Below, piece after piece: positions 29,550 through 39,916 of a stretch of DNA of 64,000 nt. The stretch covers positions 547,827 to 611,826 of the forward strand of contig CAVQFU010000007.1 in assembly GCA_963711895.1 (NCBI GenBank), given 5' to 3'. Source of the stretch: an uncultured Acidobacteriota bacterium (GTDB lineage Bacteria > Actinomycetota > Acidimicrobiia > Spongiisociales > ZC4RG35). Made by a program: the position numbers and the translations under genes. The stretch's first letter is position 1, and each line of letters opens with the position of its first letter. The notes under the pieces were generated by a model that saw only the letters and a program-made list of their open reading frames with translations, did no database searches and was not told the DNA's origin.

Positions 29550-30320
29550 GTGTTCGACAACGTCGACTCGGCCGCCTACATCGTCCAGGTCCTGATCGCT
29601 TTCGGGGCGGGGATCATCTCGTTCGTTTCCCCATGCGTGCTACCGCTTCTTCCCGGCTATCTGTCGATGATGTCGGGCTATTCGGCGAGCCAGCTGGAGG
29701 AAGGCGACGTTTCCACCGCCCGATTGACCCGGGTCATCCTCCTCTTCATCGCCGGCTTCACCGTCGTGTTCGTTTCCCTGGGGGCAATCGCCACCGGTCT
29801 TCGCACCTGGCTGGTCCAGAACCTGAACACATTCACCAGGCTGGCCGGGCTGACAGTGATCGTCTTCGGGATCCTCATGGTGGCCATGGCCGTGTCCGAT
29901 CGAGGTCCGCTCGCCACCATTGGCAGGGATCGCAGGATCGACGTCCGGCCCAGCCGTCTCGGGGAGTGGGGACCTCCCGTCATGGGGTTGGCCTTCGGGT
30001 TCGCCTGGACGCCATGCATCGGCCCGGTTCTCACCGTGATCCTCGCCACCGCCTCGCTCCAGGAGACCCTCGGCCAGGGGATGTTGCTGCTACTCGCCTA
30101 TTCCCTGGGGCTGGGAGTGCCCTTCCTCCTCAGCGGGCTCGGTCTGTTCAAGTTGTTCGGGCGTCTCAAGCCTTATCTGCACCAGATCAACATCGCCTCG
30201 GGGGTGCTGCTGACCTTGTTCGGAGTTCTCATGGTGACGGGCAATGTCAGCACGATCTCCAACTGGTTCTCGGACGTGCTGCTCTCGATACCGTTCCTCC
30301 GTGACCTGGCGACTATCTGA
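29550..30320 (+). CDS. ccdA: Cytochrome c biogenesis / thiol-disulfide transporter CcdA (DsbD family)
   Basis: Conserved cysteine motifs FVSPCVLPLLPGYLS and WTPCIGPVL, with six TM helices. Confidence 0.85.
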   Translation: MFDNVDSAAYIVQVLIAFGAGIISFVSPCVLPLLPGYLSMMSGYSASQLEEGDVSTARLTRVILLFIAGFTVVFVSLGAIATGLRTWLVQNLNTFTRLAGLTVIVFGILMVAMAVSDRGPLATIGRDRRIDVRPSRLGEWGPPVMGLAFGFAWTPCIGPVLTVILATASLQETLGQGMLLLLAYSLGLGVPFLLSGLGLFKLFGRLKPYLHQINIASGVLLTLFGVLMVTGNVSTISNWFSDVLLSIPFLRDLATI

Positions 30321-31144
30321 ATGAGCCTCACCGAGCCCCATCTCGCTCCGACGGCACCGGAACTGGTCTGGTTCGGAGGCGCCGACGCGATTCGCTTCCT
30401 CAATGACCTGATCAGCCAGGAGATCGGCGATATGGAGCCCGGGACGGTGCGTCGATCGCTGTTGCTCACCCCGCAGGGCAAGGTCGACCACATCTTCTGG
30501 GTGCTTCGCGGAGCGGATGACATCGGATTGCTGGTCGACGCCGGTCGGGGCGAGGATCTGGTGGCCAAGCTGGGCCGTTATCGGATCCGGGTCGATGTCG
30601 AGATCGAGCCATCCGAGCGCGATCACTGGCTCGTCGTTGGCCCGTACGGTGGCGACGCGGGGCGGTGGATCGGCGATCGTTCAACCCTTGTTGCCGACCT
30701 TTCCTGGTCCAACCTGCAGCGGACGCTGGTAGTGGGGGAGAGGCCGGGCCTTCCCACGTTGGAAGATGACGACTACGAGTTGCTCCGCATCGAAGCGGGG
30801 GAGCCGCTGATGGGAGTGGATGTCACCGACTCGACTATCCCTCAGGAGACCGGTCTCGTGGGCGACACGATCTCATTCGAGAAGGGGTGTTTCCTCGGTC
30901 AGGAGCTGGTGGCGCGTCTCGACAGCAGGGGAGGACGGGTCAACCACCATCTGCGCATCCTGCGCTTCGAGGGATCAGCGGCGGACGTGGGTGCCGAGGT
31001 ACCAAGGATGGCGAGCAGGTGGGGGTGCTCAGCTCCGCGGCCAAGGGCGTCGGTCTGGCCTTGTTACGGCGTGGGGTCGAGCCGGGCGAGATGGTGACAG
31101 TGGGTGAAGGTCGGGCACTGGTGGAAGCAGTGCCCGAAGGCTGA
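30321..31144 (+). CDS. ygfZ: YgfZ/GcvT-like folate-binding protein; frameshifted as assembled (near 31000)
   Basis: ADAIRFLNDLISQEI and the YgfZ signature KGCFLGQE. The C-terminus continues in ORF 30887..31144 (KDGEQVGVLSSAAKGVGLALLRRG...), which requires one missing base near 31000. Confidence 0.75.
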
Positions 31145-31149
31145 CTCGG

Positions 31150-31231
31150 TGCCGGAGGTGGGATTCGAACCCACACGCCCGTTGGGCACGGCATTTTGAG
31201 TGCCGCATGTCTGCCGTTCCATCACTCCGGC
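31150..31231 (-). tRNA. tRNA-Leu (anticodon CAA)
   Basis: The reverse complement folds as a class II tRNA. Acceptor stem GCCGGAG/CTCCGGC, anticodon stem CGGCA/TGCCG with loop CTCAAAA, a 14-nt variable arm, a T-arm GTGGG-TTCGAAT-CCCAC and discriminator A. CCA is not fully encoded. Confidence 0.9.
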
Positions 31232-31354
31232 GGGGTTGCCACATTCTACCGGTCATCGATTGGGTCCTATGAACGTGTCCAGAAAGGCGACGTCAGCCAA
31301 GGAGGTGCGCATGCGCCCTACGAGGAACCGCGAGGAGACCGGATAGCCAGGTCG

Positions 31355-31603
31355 TTAAGCCTCGAGTTCTCCCTCGTTGCTTTGGCGGTTGGTCTCCATT
31401 TGGTATGCGGATTCGAGACTCTCGAGGCGGTCGGTGAGAGGTGCCAGGGCCGTCATCTGTTCCTCGAGGGCGCTAACCAACTCGGTGTCGATTTCACCGT
31501 CGAGTTGAAGCTGTGCCAGCTTCATCGACACCGCCACTAGCGACCTATGGATGTCCTCTAGACCGCGCTGGATCTTGTCTCTGTGTTCCAATGTCTCTGC
31601 CAT
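31355..31603 (-). CDS. Hypothetical 82-aa coiled-coil protein
   Basis: ATG at 31603 is preceded by a strong GGAGGGTG SD. The sequence has a heptad-rich acidic character and lies in a lower-GC islet next to the tRNA. Confidence 0.45.
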   Translation of the reverse strand: MAETLEHRDKIQRGLEDIHRSLVAVSMKLAQLQLDGEIDTELVSALEEQMTALAPLTDRLESLESAYQMETNRQSNEGELEA

Positions 31604-31702
31604 GTTCACCCTCCGGTGTAGCGGGAGACCTCCGATATGCAACGGCTCTCATTCATTCTGGCGCAATAACGCAATTCGGCACCACTCGCATGAGGTCGGC
31701 AC

Positions 31703-32017
31703 ATGTCGATTTGGCTAAGCAAGGCGATACCCTTCGGGGTCTTGAAGCGCATCCATCGAAAGCTGTTTCGGCTGAACGATCAGATCGACTCGATCAGCCG
31801 CGAGTTGCGATTGGTGAACGCCGAGCTCTCCAACCACCGCTCGATCGACGAAGACGCGCAGCGTGATGCCGTCGTAGGCAACTACATCGATCGTGAGGAG
31901 GCCGGGCGAACGGCCGGCGACGTCCGTCGTTTCGAGAGGACCGCTTTCTATCTCCGGGTCCGTCGAGCCAAGCTGGTCAAGACCAGGGACCGGCTGCTCG
32001 CCCGCCTGCCCGACTGA
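31703..32017 (+). CDS. Hypothetical 104-aa basic/coiled-coil protein
   Basis: Track ORF, divergent from the previous small gene. No motif recognised. Confidence 0.4.
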   Translation: MSIWLSKAIPFGVLKRIHRKLFRLNDQIDSISRELRLVNAELSNHRSIDEDAQRDAVVGNYIDREEAGRTAGDVRRFERTAFYLRVRRAKLVKTRDRLLARLPD

Positions 32018-32043
32018 TCGGGTGCGCCGCTACCGTCAGTCTG

Positions 32044-34656
32044 GTGCCCACACTCGCCCTGATCGACGGTAACTCCATCGCCTATCGGGCCTTCTATGCC
32101 CTCCCCGAGGACCTGGCGACGAAGAGCGGGCAGGTGACAAACGCGGTATTCGGATTCACCCGGATGCTGATCAGGCTGCTCAAGGACTACCACCCTGATG
32201 GCATCGCCGTGGCCTGGGATGTGTCCCGTCACACGTTCCGAACCGAGTCCTATCCCGAGTACAAGGCGCAGCGCGAAAAGGCGCCGGATCACTTCCGCAG
32301 CCAGCTGCCACTGATGGACGAGGTGCTGCAGACGCTCGACATCACCCAGCTCCGGCAGGAAGGTTTCGAGGCAGACGACATCATCGCCACCCTCACCAGG
32401 AACGGGGTTGCCGCCGGATGGGAGGTCCTCATCGTCACCGGTGACCGCGATGCGTTCCAGCTGATCGAGGGGCCGGTGAAGGTGGTCTACACCCGCCGCG
32501 GCATCAGTGACATCGTCCTCGCCGACGAGGGTTACGTCGAGGAGAAGTACGGCATCCGGCCCGACCAGTACGTGGAGTACGCCGCCCTCCGTGGCGACAC
32601 GTCGGACAACCTTCCCGGGGTGCCCGGTGTGGGGGAGAAGACTGCCTCACGATTGATCTCCGACCACGGGGATCTCGACAATCTCTTCCTGTCCGTGACC
32701 GAGCTCACGCCGAAGCTGAGGGAGAATCTGTCTGCGCACCGGGAGCAGGTGTTCCTCAACAGGGAACTGATGCGCCTCATCGACGACATGGACCTGGGGG
32801 TCGAGATCGAGGACCTGCGCACCAGGGAATGGGACAGGAATCAGGTCAAGGACCTGTTCGACAGTCTCGAGTTCCACTCGATGTGGAACGACCTGGAGCA
32901 GGCTCTCCCCTCCGCCGCGACGGAGTCCGAGCTGGTCGAGGTCGAGACGTCTCTGGTGACCTCGCCTGATCAGGTCGCCGCCATGGCACAGGAATCCGTG
33001 GTCATCGCGGCCTTGGTGACCGATGGCGGTGAGCCGTTCGGGCTCGCCGTCTCCACCGGGCCAGGGCAGGCGGCGGTGGTGCCGTTCGATTCAGCCGGCC
33101 CACTCCTCGACTCCCTCGAGAACGGGCGGGCCGCCCTCGCCGGTCACGATGTCAAGGATCTGGTGCGAGTGCTGCTCGAGTTGGATCGCGATGTAGATCG
33201 GCTGGCGATGGACACGGCGCTCGCCGCGTACATCGTGAATCCGTCACAACGCACCTATGACCTCGAGGAGCTGGCGGACCGTTTGCTCGGCCTCGAGCTG
33301 GTCTCGCCGGATGACGACGGGGCGGCCCTGGGGACCTTGCCGTTCGATAGCGGGCCCGATCTCGAGACCGAGGGCCGCAGGATCGAAGGCGTGCGGCGGC
33401 TGGTCGAGGTCATGCGCTCCGAGCTGTCGGATCGTGAGGAAGGTGAGCTCTTCGAAGAGTTCGAGCTCCCATTGATCCCCGTCCTCGCCCGCATGGAGCA
33501 CGCAGGCATCGCGGTGGATCGCGCCTATCTCGAGAGCATGGGCGCCGACCTGAGGGAGAAGCTGACCGCCCTCGACGCCCGGATCCAGGAGCTGGCGGGT
33601 GAGCAGTTCAATGTCAACTCGACCGACCAGCTCCGCTACGTCCTCTTCGAGAAGCTGGCGCTCCCGGTCGTCAAGAAGACCTCCACCGGCAAGCCCTCCA
33701 CCGACGCTTCGGTCTTGAAGAAACTGGACCACCCCGTGGTCGAGGCCCTCCTCGAGTACCGGGAGTACGAGAAGCTACGGGGAACCTATGTCGACGGGTA
33801 TTTGCCATTGGTCGACCCCGACGGCCGGATCAGGACCCGGTTCAATCAGATGGCTGCGACGACCGGGCGTTTGTCATCCGATCGTCCCAATCTGCAGAAC
33901 ATCCCGATCCGATCCGAATCGGGTCGCACCATCCGCCGAGCCTTCGTCGCCGGGGAGGGAGCAGAGTTCCTCGTGGCCGACTACTCCCAGATCGAGTTGC
34001 GGGTGCTGGCCCACATGAGTGGGGATCCCTTCCTGGTCGAGGCCTTCCGTGCCGGCTCCGACATCCACACGGCCACCGCGGCCCGGGTCTGGGGCCTGGC
34101 CGAGACCGACGTAACCGCCAACCAGCGCCGCACAGCCAAGATGATCAACTTTGGCCTGCTCTACGGGATGGAGGCATTCGGCCTCGCCGACCGTCTCGGC
34201 ATCGGACGGGATGAGGCGCAGCAGCACATGGACGCCTACTTCTCACAGTTCGTGCAGGTCAGGGAGTTCATGTCGGCTGTAGTCACCCAGGCCCGGAATC
34301 AGGGCTACACGACGACGCTCTTCGGGCGCCGGCGCTACCTGCCCGAGCTGAAGTCGGACAACTTCCGGATCCGCCAGATGGGTGAGCGGATGGCCCTGAA
34401 CGCGCCGGTCCAGGGCACCGCCGCCGACATCATCAAGAAGGCGATGATCGATCTCGACGCCAGCCTGCGGTCCGAAGGGTTGGCTTCCACGCTGATACTC
34501 CAGATCCACGACGAGCTGATCCTGGAGAGCCCACTCGATGAGCTGGAGGTCGCTGAGAAGCTGGTGGTGGGGACTATGGAAGGCGTGGTCGCCCTCGATG
34601 TGCCGCTCGACGTCGATGTGGCCACGGGTCCCGACCTGGCCAGCGTGAAGGGCTGA
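32044..34656 (+). CDS. polA: DNA polymerase I
   Basis: 870-aa intact ORF. 5'-nuclease domain (LIDGNSIAYRAFYAL, GDRDAFQL), polymerase motif A DYSQIELRVLAH, motif B RRTAKMINFGLLYG and motif C QIHDELILE. Confidence 0.95.
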   Translation: MPTLALIDGNSIAYRAFYALPEDLATKSGQVTNAVFGFTRMLIRLLKDYHPDGIAVAWDVSRHTFRTESYPEYKAQREKAPDHFRSQLPLMDEVLQTLDITQLRQEGFEADDIIATLTRNGVAAGWEVLIVTGDRDAFQLIEGPVKVVYTRRGISDIVLADEGYVEEKYGIRPDQYVEYAALRGDTSDNLPGVPGVGEKTASRLISDHGDLDNLFLSVTELTPKLRENLSAHREQVFLNRELMRLIDDMDLGVEIEDLRTREWDRNQVKDLFDSLEFHSMWNDLEQALPSAATESELVEVETSLVTSPDQVAAMAQESVVIAALVTDGGEPFGLAVSTGPGQAAVVPFDSAGPLLDSLENGRAALAGHDVKDLVRVLLELDRDVDRLAMDTALAAYIVNPSQRTYDLEELADRLLGLELVSPDDDGAALGTLPFDSGPDLETEGRRIEGVRRLVEVMRSELSDREEGELFEEFELPLIPVLARMEHAGIAVDRAYLESMGADLREKLTALDARIQELAGEQFNVNSTDQLRYVLFEKLALPVVKKTSTGKPSTDASVLKKLDHPVVEALLEYREYEKLRGTYVDGYLPLVDPDGRIRTRFNQMAATTGRLSSDRPNLQNIPIRSESGRTIRRAFVAGEGAEFLVADYSQIELRVLAHMSGDPFLVEAFRAGSDIHTATAARVWGLAETDVTANQRRTAKMINFGLLYGMEAFGLADRLGIGRDEAQQHMDAYFSQFVQVREFMSAVVTQARNQGYTTTLFGRRRYLPELKSDNFRIRQMGERMALNAPVQGTAADIIKKAMIDLDASLRSEGLASTLILQIHDELILESPLDELEVAEKLVVGTMEGVVALDVPLDVDVATGPDLASVKG

Positions 34657-34767
34657 AATGCACTGCCAGAAGCCAATCCATTGGCGGTTGTGGACAAACC
34701 TGCGTACACTCACCAAGCCTGTGGACCCAGCGTTTGCAGAGTTCCCTTCGGAGGTAACCACTCACAC

Positions 34768-36183
34768 ATGACCAGCGAGCCACAAAACGCGCCCGCGAGC
34801 GCTCCCGAGACGGAGAGCGTTGAGGCGCCCGAGACCACTGAGGCAGAGACGCCGATCTCCGTCGAAGTGGAGGAGTCCACCGAGGCTCCCGAACAAGTCG
34901 AAGTATCCGGCCGCGAAGCCCTCGTCGCCCCCGACCTGAGCGACCTTCCCGATGACATCGCCGACGATTTCGAACGCGCCATCGAGGCGACGGTCCTCGA
35001 GTTCAAGGAGGGCGACATCGTCGAGGGCACAGTCGTCAGCGTCGATGCCGACGGGGCCATGATCGACATCGGTTACAAGTCCGAAGGGCTCATCCCGACA
35101 CGCGAGCTCTCCATACGAAACAACGTGGACCCGAACGACGCGGTCAAGGAGGGGGAGCGGGTCGAAGCCGTCGTGCTCAACAAAGAGGACGACGAGGGCC
35201 GGCTGATCCTTTCCAAGAAGCGGGCCATGTACGAGCGCGCCTGGGGGAGGATCCAGGAAGTCGCCAAGGAAGGCGGCACCGTCGACGGGACAGTCATCGA
35301 AGTCGTCAAGGGCGGTCTGATCGTCGACATCGGCCTCCGCGGATTCCTCCCGGCCTCCCTGGTCGACATGCGGCGTGTACGTGACCTCGACCCCTTCATC
35401 GGCGAGAGCATCACCGCCAAGGTGATCGAGCTAGACCGGGCGCGAAACAATGTCGTCCTCTCCCGCCGGGCATACCTGGAGGAGGCCCAGGCCGAGGAGC
35501 GCAACGCCTTCCTCGACGGCCTCGGCGAAGGAGAGGTCCGCGACGGAGTGATCTCCTCAGTCGTCAACTTCGGAGCATTCGTCGACCTGGGTGGGATGGA
35601 CGGCCTCGTCCATGTCTCCGAGCTGTCGTGGCAGCACGTCAATCATCCCGGCGAGTTGGTCAAGGTCGGAGACAAAGTGCAGGTCAAGGTTCTCGAGGTC
35701 GACCGCGATCGGGAGCGGATCTCACTCTCCATTCGCCAGACCAGTGATGATCCCTGGGATGTGTTCGCCCGCGAACACGAAGTGGGCGACGTCATCGACG
35801 GGATGGTGACCAAGACGGTCCCGTTCGGCGCCTTCGTCTCCGTCGCCGACGGAGTCGAGGGACTGGTGCACGTCTCCGAGATCGCCAGTCATCGAGTCGA
35901 ATCGCCGGAGCTCGAGCTCTCCATCGGCCAGCAGGTCAAGGTGAAGATCACCGAGAAGGAAGACGAGCGCCGCCGCATCTCGCTGTCCATCAAGCAAGCC
36001 TCTCCTGACTGGAAGGAGAGGGAGGCCCAGATGGAAGAGCAGAAGAAGGGTCGCCGCCGGCCCCAGAAGGAGTTCGAACGCGAGTTCGGCCCTACTGAGG
36101 AAGAGCGGCCACCAATGCCGGTCGACGCCTCGCTCGAGGCAATCCTGCAGGAGTTGAAGGAGCGCGGCATCGGCCGTAGGTGA
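34768..36183 (+). CDS. rpsA: 30S ribosomal protein S1
   Basis: ATG at 34768 after a GGAGG SD. Four S1 repeats (GDIVEGTVV, VDGTVIEVVKGGLIVDIG, VRDGVISSVVNFGAFVDLG, VIDGMVTKTVPFGAFVSV). It has an unusually long acidic N-terminal extension. Confidence 0.95.
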   Translation: MTSEPQNAPASAPETESVEAPETTEAETPISVEVEESTEAPEQVEVSGREALVAPDLSDLPDDIADDFERAIEATVLEFKEGDIVEGTVVSVDADGAMIDIGYKSEGLIPTRELSIRNNVDPNDAVKEGERVEAVVLNKEDDEGRLILSKKRAMYERAWGRIQEVAKEGGTVDGTVIEVVKGGLIVDIGLRGFLPASLVDMRRVRDLDPFIGESITAKVIELDRARNNVVLSRRAYLEEAQAEERNAFLDGLGEGEVRDGVISSVVNFGAFVDLGGMDGLVHVSELSWQHVNHPGELVKVGDKVQVKVLEVDRDRERISLSIRQTSDDPWDVFAREHEVGDVIDGMVTKTVPFGAFVSVADGVEGLVHVSEIASHRVESPELELSIGQQVKVKITEKEDERRRISLSIKQASPDWKEREAQMEEQKKGRRRPQKEFEREFGPTEEERPPMPVDASLEAILQELKERGIGRR

Positions 36184-36354
36184 CCTGAGGTCACACCACC
36201 GGTAACCAGGTTCAGCCGCGGCACGCATTTTGCCGCATATGGGGCGACCGAACTATGGAAAGTGTGGGGAAACGCTCAAGACTCTTCCAAAACGGTCCGA
36301 ATCTTTCCTGTGGAATCGGATTTGAAGCACCGGGATGGCGCCTGTCCGTCGGTA

Positions 36355-36372
36355 GCATGCCTCGAGGCATGC
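36355..36372. promoter_or_regulatory. Perfect 18-bp palindrome GCATGCCTCGAGGCATGC upstream of cpaB
   Basis: Read directly. It lies 50 nt upstream of the cpaB ATG in the 238-nt rpsA-cpaB gap. It could be an operator or an RNA hairpin. Confidence 0.3.
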
Positions 36373-36421
36373 GCCCGGCAAGGATCGGCGGCATTCCCAG
36401 GGGACATACGAAGGGGACTCA

Positions 36422-37344
36422 ATGGGTAGGAGAGCCATCGTGTTGCTAGTGGCCTTGATACTGGCCGGGCTAGCAGCTTGGGCGGTCTGGAACTATCTCC
36501 AGAACGTCGAGAACGAAATTGTCGAAGGCCAGGAGATCGTCGAGGTCTACCGCGCCGGTGAAGCCATTGCAGAAGGCACGGATGGAGCGATCCTCCTTTC
36601 CGACTTCAACAGCGGCGGCGCAGCTGATCACACTGAGCGAGGACCAGGCCGAGGACGTGCCCGCAGGGCGCCATCACGACTGCCGAGCAGCTGAATCAGG
36701 TGCTCACCGATCGTGTCGCCGCCGGCCCGATCGCAGCCGGATCGATCCTCAACGAATCGCAGTGGGCTGCGATCACGGTCAACGTGGTCCCGCTCGCCGA
36801 AGAGATCCCATCTGGCAAGCAGGCCATGACCATCTCGACAGACAACATCAGGGGCATCAACGGGTTCGTCGAGCCCGGCGACCGGGTCAACATGATCATC
36901 ACGATCGACATCCCCGAAGATCTGCTCCCCGATGAGTTGAGTGGCATCGCGCAGCCTGCCGCCCCAGTGGAAGGCGCACCTGCCGGTGAGGCGACGGTGG
37001 CAGCAGTCACCTATACCCGGTTTGTCCTTCAGGGACTCCCGGTCATGGCCACCGGTCGCGACATCCGCCCCGAAGAGGGTGCTCCCGAGACGGTCGAGGT
37101 CGATCCGGAGACCACCGGCGACACCACGCCCGAAGGAGAGCCTGTCGAGGAAGAACTCGGCAACGACACCACCTTCACATTGGAGGTGTCGCCCGAGCAG
37201 GCAGAGCGGATCGCCTACGCCACCGAGAACGGCTCGATCTGGCTGACACTGGTGCCAGGCGACTTCGTGGAAGTCGAGACCACCGGTGTGACAACTCTCA
37301 ACTTGTTCGGCGGGAATCTGCTGGACGACATCTTCGGAAACTGA
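36422..37344 (+). CDS. cpaB: Flp pilus assembly protein CpaB/RcpC; two frameshifts as assembled (near 36620 and 36670)
   Basis: N-terminal TM anchor (IVLLVALILAGLAAWAV) in ORF 36422..36694, the middle segment AQLITLSEDQAEDVPAG in the 36519 frame, and the SAF/RcpC-type remainder in ORF 36700..37344. Each junction implies one extra base. Confidence 0.8.
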
Positions 37345-37357
37345 CAGAGGTTCGACG

Positions 37358-38539
37358 ATGACGATGGCTGAGCACAATTTGTTGGTCGTGGACAAGGACG
37401 ATGATTTCGTCTCCGCGGCCAAGGAGCTCTTCGAGGGCCGGCTCCCGGTTGCTCGCTCCATAGAGGAGGCGAGTCAGACCGCGGAGTCCGGTGAACTGAG
37501 GATGCTCCTGCTCGGTCCGTCGTTCTCGAACGACGAGTCTCTCGAGCAGATCCGGAGCCTGCACAACCAGGACCCGGCCCTCATCCTGATGATGGTCGCG
37601 GAGACGGTCACGGCTGACCTCCTCCGCGGTGCGATGCGAGCCGGCGTCTCCGACGTGATCGAAGCGCCGCTCGACGAGACCAAGATCGAGGCTGCGATCG
37701 AGCAATTCGGCCACGACGTGCTCAAACGCCGTAGCGCCGCCAAGCCGACGACGGAGCCGGTTCGCACCGACAAGGGCGCGATCGTCACCATCACGTCCGC
37801 CAAGGGTGGGAGTGGCAAGACCGTTGTCGCCACCAATGTGGCCCTCCTCCTCAACAGAATCCCGGACAAGAAGGTGGTCCTGGTCGACGCCGACCTGCAA
37901 TTCGGCGATGTCTGCCTGTTGCTACAGCTCGAGCCGAGGTTCACCATGGTGAACGCAGCCCACGAGCTTCATCATCTCGATGCCGAGATGCTCGACTCCC
38001 TGCTCACCGAGCACCCCAGCGGCCTCAAGGTCCTCGCCGCTCCACTCGAGCCGGCATTCGCAGACGACATCACCACCGCCGGCCTGATGCAGATGCTCGA
38101 CTTGCTGCAGGAGAGCTACGACTACGTCGTGGTCGACACCGCCTCGATGCTCGACGAGCTGATCCTTTCGCTGATCGAGAAGGCGGACCATGTCCTGATG
38201 GTCGTCGACATGGACCTTCCCTCGGTGAAGAACGCCAAGCTCGCCCTGGAGACATTGCGTCTCCTCAAGTTTTCGACCCAGAACGTCCAGCTGGTCATGA
38301 ACAGGAACAACTCGAAGGCCAAGTTGGACAACAAGGAAATCGAAAGCGCCCTGAAGATGGAGATCTCGGCTGCCGTCCCCTCGGATGCCGCAGTCCCGAC
38401 TTCTGTCAACGAAGGGCGCCCCATCGTCGAAGCCGATCCCAAAGGCAAAGTCGCCAAGGGTTTCGAGAGTGTCGCCGAACTGATCGCCGGAAAAATCCCC
38501 GAGAGCACGTCCAAGAGCGGGCTCTTCGGCAGGAAATAG
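37358..38539 (+). CDS. cpaE: CpaE/TadZ: receiver-like domain fused to a MinD/ParA-type ATPase
   Basis: Intact 393-aa ORF. N-terminal REC-like fold (LLVVDKDDDF...) and a deviant Walker A ITSAKGGSGKTVVATNVA, with VVVDT. Confidence 0.8.
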   Translation: MTMAEHNLLVVDKDDDFVSAAKELFEGRLPVARSIEEASQTAESGELRMLLLGPSFSNDESLEQIRSLHNQDPALILMMVAETVTADLLRGAMRAGVSDVIEAPLDETKIEAAIEQFGHDVLKRRSAAKPTTEPVRTDKGAIVTITSAKGGSGKTVVATNVALLLNRIPDKKVVLVDADLQFGDVCLLLQLEPRFTMVNAAHELHHLDAEMLDSLLTEHPSGLKVLAAPLEPAFADDITTAGLMQMLDLLQESYDYVVVDTASMLDELILSLIEKADHVLMVVDMDLPSVKNAKLALETLRLLKFSTQNVQLVMNRNNSKAKLDNKEIESALKMEISAAVPSDAAVPTSVNEGRPIVEADPKGKVAKGFESVAELIAGKIPESTSKSGLFGRK

Positions 38540-38555
38540 TGGAAGGTAGATAAAC

Positions 38556-39914
38556 GTGCCATCGCTTTCTGAAAGAGTCGCAGCTGCAAGGCAGACAGAG
38601 ACGCAAGAAGTCGGCAGCAACCGCTCGGACGCCCTTGGCGAGCTGCGCGGTCGTCTCCATTTCAAGGTCGTCGAAGAGCTGGGCCCGACCCTGTACGACC
38701 GTCAGATGTCGGACGCCGAGCTGCGTCTTCGCGTCCTCGAGATGCTGGAATGGGCTGTCGACCAGGAGCAGGGGCTCCCGCTCACCTCAGCCGATCGTCG
38801 CGCCCTGCTCAACGAGATCGCATCAGATGTTCTCGGCTACGGCCCGATTGACCCGCTTCTCAATGACCCGGACATCACCGAGGTGATGGCCAACGGCCCG
38901 TACGACATCTACTACGAGAAGAAGGGCAAGATCATCCTCTCCGACGTCAAGTTCGTCGACGAGGTGCATCTGCGCCGCATCATCGACAAGATCGTGGGCC
39001 AGATCGGCCGCCGCGTCGACGAAGCCACGCCCATGGTCGACGCCCGTCTCCCCGACGGCTCCCGTGTCAATGCCGTCATCCACCCTCTGGCGATCGGCGG
39101 GCCGTTCCTGACCATCCGAAAGTTCGCGGTCGACCCCTATCAGGAGGCCGACCTGATCAACTTCGAGACCATCACGCAGCGCGTGGCCGACTTCTCCAGG
39201 GCTTGTGTCCGTGGCCGGCTCAATGTCCTGATCTCCGGTGGTACCGGCTCCGGCAAGACGACCACCCTCAACGTGATGTCCTCATACATCCCCAACGATG
39301 AGCGAATCGTCACGGTCGAGGACGCCGCCGAGCTCCAACTCCACCAGGAGCACGTGTTAACGCTCGAGTCCCGCCCGGCCAACATCGAGGGTAAGGGCGC
39401 CGTGCAAATCCGCGACCTGGTCCGGAACACGCTGCGTATGCGTCCCGACCGGATCGTCGTCGGTGAGGTTCGCGGTGCCGAGGCGCTGGACATGCTCCAG
39501 GCAATGAACACCGGTCACGACGGTTCACTGACCACAGTCCACTCGAACAGCCCGAGGGACACCCTTTCCCGTATCGAGACCATGGTCCTAATGGCAGGGT
39601 TCGATCTCCCGGTGCGAGCCATACGTGAGCAGATCGCCGCCGCTGTCGACCTGATCATCCACGTGTCCCGTCTCAAGGACGGAACCCGGCGTGTCACCCA
39701 CGTCACCGAGGTGGAAGGCATGGAGGGCGAGATAATCACCCTCCAGGACATCTTCCTCTTCGACTTCGGGATGGGCGTCGACGAAGAAGGCATCTTCAAG
39801 GGGCGTCTCAAGGCCACGGGAATCCGTCCCAGCTTCTCCCAGGATCTCGAGAACCAGGGCATCAGGCTCCCGGCCGACCTGTTCGATCCCGAGCCGTTCG
39901 CGAGAGGCCGATAA
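38556..39914 (+). CDS. cpaF: CpaF/TadA pilus-assembly secretion ATPase
   Basis: Intact 452-aa ORF. Walker [15 protein letters not shown], Asp box, Walker [11 protein letters not shown], His box [14 protein letters not shown]...MNTGHDGS. Confidence 0.9.
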   Translation: MPSLSERVAAARQTETQEVGSNRSDALGELRGRLHFKVVEELGPTLYDRQMSDAELRLRVLEMLEWAVDQEQGLPLTSADRRALLNEIASDVLGYGPIDPLLNDPDITEVMANGPYDIYYEKKGKIILSDVKFVDEVHLRRIIDKIVGQIGRRVDEATPMVDARLPDGSRVNAVIHPLAIGGPFLTIRKFAVDPYQEADLINFETITQRVADFSRACVRGRLNVLISGGTGSGKTTTLNVMSSYIPNDERIVTVEDAAELQLHQEHVLTLESRPANIEGKGAVQIRDLVRNTLRMRPDRIVVGEVRGAEALDMLQAMNTGHDGSLTTVHSNSPRDTLSRIETMVLMAGFDLPVRAIREQIAAAVDLIIHVSRLKDGTRRVTHVTEVEGMEGEIITLQDIFLFDFGMGVDEEGIFKGRLKATGIRPSFSQDLENQGIRLPADLFDPEPFARGR

Positions 39915-39916
39915 AT

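Noticed and set aside
31150-32040. An integrated mobile element at tRNA-Leu.
   Set aside because: There is no integrase, excisionase or convincing att duplication. The only match to the tRNA 3' part is an 8-nt GGATTCGA string near 31406. The islet is also too small.
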